In this document: positions 59,738 through 64,000 of the stretch, in pieces
Layout: each line of letters opens with the position of its first letter
Position numbering within the stretch: the first letter of the stretch is position 1
From: Pseudomonadota bacterium
GTDB taxonomy: Bacteria; Desulfobacterota; Desulfobacteria; Desulfobacterales; JBDRRP01
Reading direction: 5' to 3'
Assembly (NCBI GenBank): GCA_043825735.1
Contig: JBDRRP010000107.1
Location: 62,001 to 126,000 of the forward strand
DNA length: 64,000 bases
Notes under the pieces: generated by a model
Database searches by the model: none
Seen by the model: only the letters and a program-made list of their open reading frames with translations
Told to the model about the DNA's origin: nothing
Position numbers and translations under genes: made by a program

Positions 59738-61576
59738 TTATGCGCTCTTGAGCCATCCGTCGTTCTCAGGAGACGGGCGGTTGTGGTGGGCCATCATCGC
59801 CCGGTAACCCTCTTCTCCCAGAAAACGCTTCACGATTCGCGCTTCGGTTCGGACCAGGTCCACCATGATCAGACCGTCCACGACGTTGGAAAATGCCCTG
59901 TCAAGGTTGAAACTCAGCAACGCTGCGTCGAGTTTAAGGTAGTGCTTGAGCAGGACCGGGATGCCCTTGCCGTCGTTTTCGATCTCCGAGACGAGAATGG
60001 ACACTTCCTCGGCGTCGTAGAAGGGGTCCGCCAACGACGTGAGCGAAAGGCGCCGGGGCTGCCGCGAGCGGGCCGGTGTTCTCGCGGAGACCAGCCGCGC
60101 GAGGTTCTCATCCATCCGTTTTTTACTGAGGTAACTTACCATGAGATCCCGGGACAATCGCTGATAGTCCTGGCTGATGCTCACCGGACCGAAGAGTTTT
60201 GTATAGTGGGGGTGTTGCTTTACAAACGCGGCGATGCCCTTCCACAACAGCGGCAGACTGTGGTGTTTCACCTGATACTCAGGCCGGATGAATGAGCGCC
60301 CCAGCTCGATGGCGGCTCCCAATGCAGACGGGAAATCACTCCGGTAGCGGAAAAGCGTAGACGTGTAAAGGCCCCGGATGCCGTACTTAGCCACGATGTC
60401 GTCAGCCAGCCCCATCCGGTAGGCACCCGCGATTTCTTCTCGGCGGGCATTCCAGAGGAACAGATGCTGATAGGTGTCGTCAAAGCGATCGATGTCAGCG
60501 GGGCGCCCGGTGCCTTCTCCGGCACCCCGAAATGTGATTTCACGCAGCCGGCCGATTTCCTGAAGGCAGTTAGGGATCTTGCCGGCCTCGGCAACATAGA
60601 CCGACAGACCGGTTGCCGTCGCCAGCAGCGAAGAAGGCGGCAGAGCTGCGATTTCTTCTGCCAGCAGTCTTGGCGGCACCGCCGGCGCGATGGCCTCAAG
60701 GCGGTCTTTGCGCCGCAGCCGGGCTATATAGCGGCGCATTACCGGGGTGCTCCCGCTGTCCCGGTTTTTCATGAAGTAGCACCGCTCCCGCAGCAGCAGT
60801 GTTCGATCCATGTCGGTGGCGGAGACGGCCAGTTTCTTCCAGGGAATAGGCCGTCCGATGCGAACGGCAAATGCACTGGTAGCGTTATTTTTCTTGTTGA
60901 CGAGTTCCCGGGGCAGCATTGCCGTGCGCAGGCGCGGGTGCAGCAGTCCCGCCGATTGAAAGAGCAGACTGTTACGCCCAGAAAAGAATACCGGCAGGGC
61001 GCTGGCCTCGGTGCGGCGGATGATGGCGCCTAGGTGCGGGCTCCACTGAGGGTCGATGACGGAGATGCAGGTAACGTGAAAGTGGGAAACTGCTCCGGAC
61101 GGGAATGCGATCAGGGCGCCGCCCGCTTTTACATGGCGCAGGGCGGCTTTAATGCCTGAGAGATTCCGCTGGGCGGCACCATGCCCGCCGAAAACATGAA
61201 CCGGGATCACTCGGTCCCTGATTTGGGGAATGCGCTGGAGCAGTTCATTTCCCAGCACCATGGCGTCCGGCCTGACCCGGAGCATGATCGCCAGCAGCAC
61301 CATCCCGTCAATGCCGCCGTACGGGTGATTTGACACGACCACCAATGGGCCGGTTACCGGGATTCTGGCCATATCTACTTCGGTAACGTGGTAGTGGATA
61401 CCCAACGCCTCGAGACCGGCTGCAAGAAACGCCGCACTGCCGTCCACTCCAGCGACACGGTCGAAGGCCTGGTTGACGCGGTGAATCGACATGATCCGCT
61501 CAATGATTGGAGAAAGTCGGCGCACGGGCGTCGGCAACGTGCTCGTCACATCGATAAGCTTGCGAGGTGTTGACAT
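59738..61576 (-). CDS. bifunctional acyltransferase (PlsC-like + GNAT), OlsF-like ornithine lipid synthase
   Basis: N-terminal SNHPYGGIDG and FPSG (PlsC-type); C-terminal EIGRLREITFR...DIDRFD...GAYR...ELGRSF (OlsB-type GNAT). Confidence 0.8.
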   Translation of the reverse strand: MSTPRKLIDVTSTLPTPVRRLSPIIERIMSIHRVNQAFDRVAGVDGSAAFLAAGLEALGIHYHVTEVDMARIPVTGPLVVVSNHPYGGIDGMVLLAIMLRVRPDAMVLGNELLQRIPQIRDRVIPVHVFGGHGAAQRNLSGIKAALRHVKAGGALIAFPSGAVSHFHVTCISVIDPQWSPHLGAIIRRTEASALPVFFSGRNSLLFQSAGLLHPRLRTAMLPRELVNKKNNATSAFAVRIGRPIPWKKLAVSATDMDRTLLLRERCYFMKNRDSGSTPVMRRYIARLRRKDRLEAIAPAVPPRLLAEEIAALPPSSLLATATGLSVYVAEAGKIPNCLQEIGRLREITFRGAGEGTGRPADIDRFDDTYQHLFLWNARREEIAGAYRMGLADDIVAKYGIRGLYTSTLFRYRSDFPSALGAAIELGRSFIRPEYQVKHHSLPLLWKGIAAFVKQHPHYTKLFGPVSISQDYQRLSRDLMVSYLSKKRMDENLARLVSARTPARSRQPRRLSLTSLADPFYDAEEVSILVSEIENDGKGIPVLLKHYLKLDAALLSFNLDRAFSNVVDGLIMVDLVRTEARIVKRFLGEEGYRAMMAHHNRPSPENDGWLKSA

Positions 61577-61776
61577 GGATGCCCCTCCGATCGTGTTATG
61601 TAGACTGCCGAGATTGTTTCCGGCGGACTGATGAGCTTGTACCCTCCTCCCGGGAGTTGAAGAACGTACTAAGAGAGGATGAGAATTGCGTAAGCCAACG
61701 CGATGACGGAGGTATATGCGGGGAAGGCGGCGGATGCCGATGCAGGAAAGCTGGCGGTGTATTCCCTATAAAACAA

Positions 61777-62169
61777 TTAGGATGTCAATTTATGTACACG
61801 GCATCTCATTCTCATTAAAGCGCAACGCAAAGCTGAGATTAACCCTTTTTTCTTCATGATAACTGAATCGCGTTTGAATATCAGTTCATAATCCTTGATT
61901 TGGCTAACCTTCATATCGAAGAGCGCGAAACTGGTGATGGCCCCGTTATGCTCAGCGCAAATTTCATTGTCCGAGGTCCCGTAACGAGCCATATTTTTAC
62001 ATAATTTGCACTCAACCGATAGCTCTTCACATGAAGCGCATCTGTATACATTTCTTGCTGCGGTGGAACTCTCGGTCAATCTATGTATTGTTTTTTTGAA
62101 ACACCACGAGCAGTAAGCCTGCACATGGATCTCTGATGTGGACTTTACAGGTGAGCTAATCTGAGTCAA
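61777..62169 (-). CDS. hypothetical Cys-rich protein (AT-rich region; may be a fragment)
   Basis: CSWC, CASC, CKLC, CAEH motifs. Confidence 0.5.
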   Translation of the reverse strand: MTQISSPVKSTSEIHVQAYCSWCFKKTIHRLTESSTAARNVYRCASCEELSVECKLCKNMARYGTSDNEICAEHNGAITSFALFDMKVSQIKDYELIFKRDSVIMKKKGLISALRCALMRMRCRVHKLTS

Positions 62170-62685
62170 AGAGTGCGCCTCATTTGATATTTTATCTGAG
62201 ATTCTAATTAGTTGTCAGGTAATGAGTGATGCCGGTATATATATTTACGCCAGTCATTCGTTTCGAAACAAAACAGCGCAGATGATGTAAAGTCAAGTTA
62301 GGATTCCGATAGAAGCACGAGCCGAACGTTACGAATTCACGGATTAGTCAATATCGGGAGCCAGCGGTGTTTCAGTCTCAAGTCGCGATTTATATCTGTT
62401 GCGACACCAACGACAGTTCTCGGCTGGGCGTCACACAACGCATCCGTTTTCTATAGACTAAGAGCGCAGACGAGGGCTAACGCTGAAGTTGAAAACCAGG
62501 CGGCATCCTCTAATATGGCGCTAACGCTTCTACTGTAATGGTATCGGACATCCGGACAGCATGTGGTTTGACCACTTTGACGAATTCTCCCCAACGGCTA
62601 ATCCAGCAAAGCAACTCAAGGAACCACCACCGATCACGAATATTGCCGAAAGCCAGCATACCGATACGGGTTTTTTGGAAAGGCA

Positions 62686-62976
62686 ATGGGCAAGACAAGC
62701 GTGAAAAAGAAAACGGCCTCGTTGCGATTGAAGCTGTGCAAACACTGCAAGGGGTTTATTCGTGCCGACTTTATGGCTCAGCATAACCGCGAGTTCCATT
62801 CCGGTTCTCAAAAAGGAAGCGGCAAGGTCAAAAAGGGGTGGGTGAGGAAAACCTGTTCAGAGTGCGGTGAAACCTATCTTGGCAGGAAAAACTACGATGG
62901 GGTGCCGCTATGCCTGGACTGCGGGGAGGACATATTTGAGGCCGGAAAGAGAGGCCCCAAGAGGAAAAAAAGATAA
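62686..62976 (+). CDS. small basic zinc-ribbon-like protein
   Basis: CKHC...H...H, CSEC, CLDC. Confidence 0.55.
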   Translation: MGKTSVKKKTASLRLKLCKHCKGFIRADFMAQHNREFHSGSQKGSGKVKKGWVRKTCSECGETYLGRKNYDGVPLCLDCGEDIFEAGKRGPKRKKR

Positions 62977-63113
62977 GTCATTCGCCGCTCAACCTTTCCT
63001 TATATATCGGATTTCGATAGCGTACCATCTGAACCGAGTGAAAGCATTCGCCATTGCTGAATTAGGGCAACCGTATTATCGTTTCCATGCAGAGCGGGGG
63101 CGGGTCTGTGAAG

Positions 63114-64000
63114 CTAATTCAGCGGTGCGGCGGACACTTGGCCGCTATATCGGTGGGATTCCTCCATCATTGGTTGTTCCAGTCTCAGGCGCAGGGCGTT
63201 GAGTCCTTCCAGGATATCGCCGAATGTTTCAAAGCTGTTGTCGATTTCATCTGCGGGAATTCGGCGGTCCGCCAGCGTAATGGCGGCCGTGACGGCCTCT
63301 TGGGCGTCACGGCGGCGATTCAAGTGATAGAAACTGAGCGCCATGCGGTAGGAGCACTCCGCCCGGTAGCCGGTCGCTGTCAGCGGGGCGGCCTCCAATC
63401 GTTCGGAAAGCGCCTTGAAATCGGAGAGGGCCGGCGCCCAGCGTCCCGACGCCTGCAGTGCGCGACCCCGGTAATACAGGTCGATGAGGCCGACCGAGCG
63501 TTTTTGCCGAACATTTTCTGCCAGCAGCGACAGCGCCTCCAGCGGATGGTTGTGGTCGATGAGTGCGGCAGCGAGATTGTAGCTGGTTTCGTGCGCCGAG
63601 TAAACGCCGTGGGCGACGACGAACCGCATCTGTTCGAGCCCGACTTCCCGGCGATCCGTCATCCAGAAAGCAATGTTGCTGATGAACTTGGACCGGGCGC
63701 TGCGCCAGTAGTTGTAAGTGCCGATGCCCATGTAGGCATCGTAGATCTGGGGCGCGGTGCGAAGCGCATGCTGAAGATTGTCGACGGCGCCCGTGATGTT
63801 GGTGAGCGCCGACATCCACTGGCCCCGCCGAAACCGATTAAGGGCGCGAAATCCCTTAGCCGCGCCGATAAAGACATGCAGCCAGGGGTCTTCGCCGGTT
63901 TCGAGCAGTGAGCGCCCTTTTTCGATAGCTGCATCCAGGTGCGCGTCCATGGCGGCCGTAAAACGATTTGTTCGGTATGTGTTCATCCAGCTCTGATAGG
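63114..64000 (-). CDS. TPR-like helical repeat protein, 5' end beyond the window
   Basis: Frame is open to the window edge; YDAYMGIGTYNYW and Ala/Tyr-rich helical repeats. Confidence 0.7.
   Translation of the reverse strand, partial: YQSWMNTYRTNRFTAAMDAHLDAAIEKGRSLLETGEDPWLHVFIGAAKGFRALNRFRRGQWMSALTNITGAVDNLQHALRTAPQIYDAYMGIGTYNYWRSARSKFISNIAFWMTDRREVGLEQMRFVVAHGVYSAHETSYNLAAALIDHNHPLEALSLLAENVRQKRSVGLIDLYYRGRALQASGRWAPALSDFKALSERLEAAPLTATGYRAECSYRMALSFYHLNRRRDAQEAVTAAITLADRRIPADEIDNSFETFGDILEGLNALRLRLEQPMMEESHRYSGQVSAAPLN

Overview
64-kb chromosomal window from a GC-rich anaerobe. Gene content and protein families point to a sulfate-reducing Desulfobacterota (Desulfobacterales-like); this is inference. 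The left half is mostly housekeeping: gltA, upp/uraA, priA, polA, HU, flagellin/flgM and an acyl-CoA dehydrogenase with MarR. It also holds a four-gene sensor kinase / PilZ-GNAT-like / methyltransferase / B12 radical-SAM cluster. The centre carries a selenium island. It starts with a non-canonical UCA-anticodon tRNA with an 8/4 fold and a U73 (Cys-type) discriminator, followed by a divergent selB and a CysRS lacking its anticodon-binding domain. Together these form a UGA-to-Cys recoding module of the selC*/tRNA-ReC type. Next come a double-cubane reductase with its activase, a decaying sugar ABC system, a Sec-containing selD and yedF. Three genes need in-frame UGA readthrough: selD, prxU and a secreted DUF1573-like protein with a U-G-C motif. 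A lower-GC accessory block (hybrid kinase, two toxin-antitoxin pairs) abuts a truncated cysteine desulfurase. An alaC-like aminotransferase is preceded by an apparent alanine-sensing leader-peptide attenuator (six consecutive Ala codons, alternative hairpins, terminator). The right end has a polyphosphate cluster (ppk1, sixA, Lys-rich small proteins, CHAD, ParA-like ATPase) and an OlsF-like ornithine-lipid synthase. I saw no rRNA, CRISPR array, transposase or integrase. All family calls come from motif recognition by eye, not database searches.
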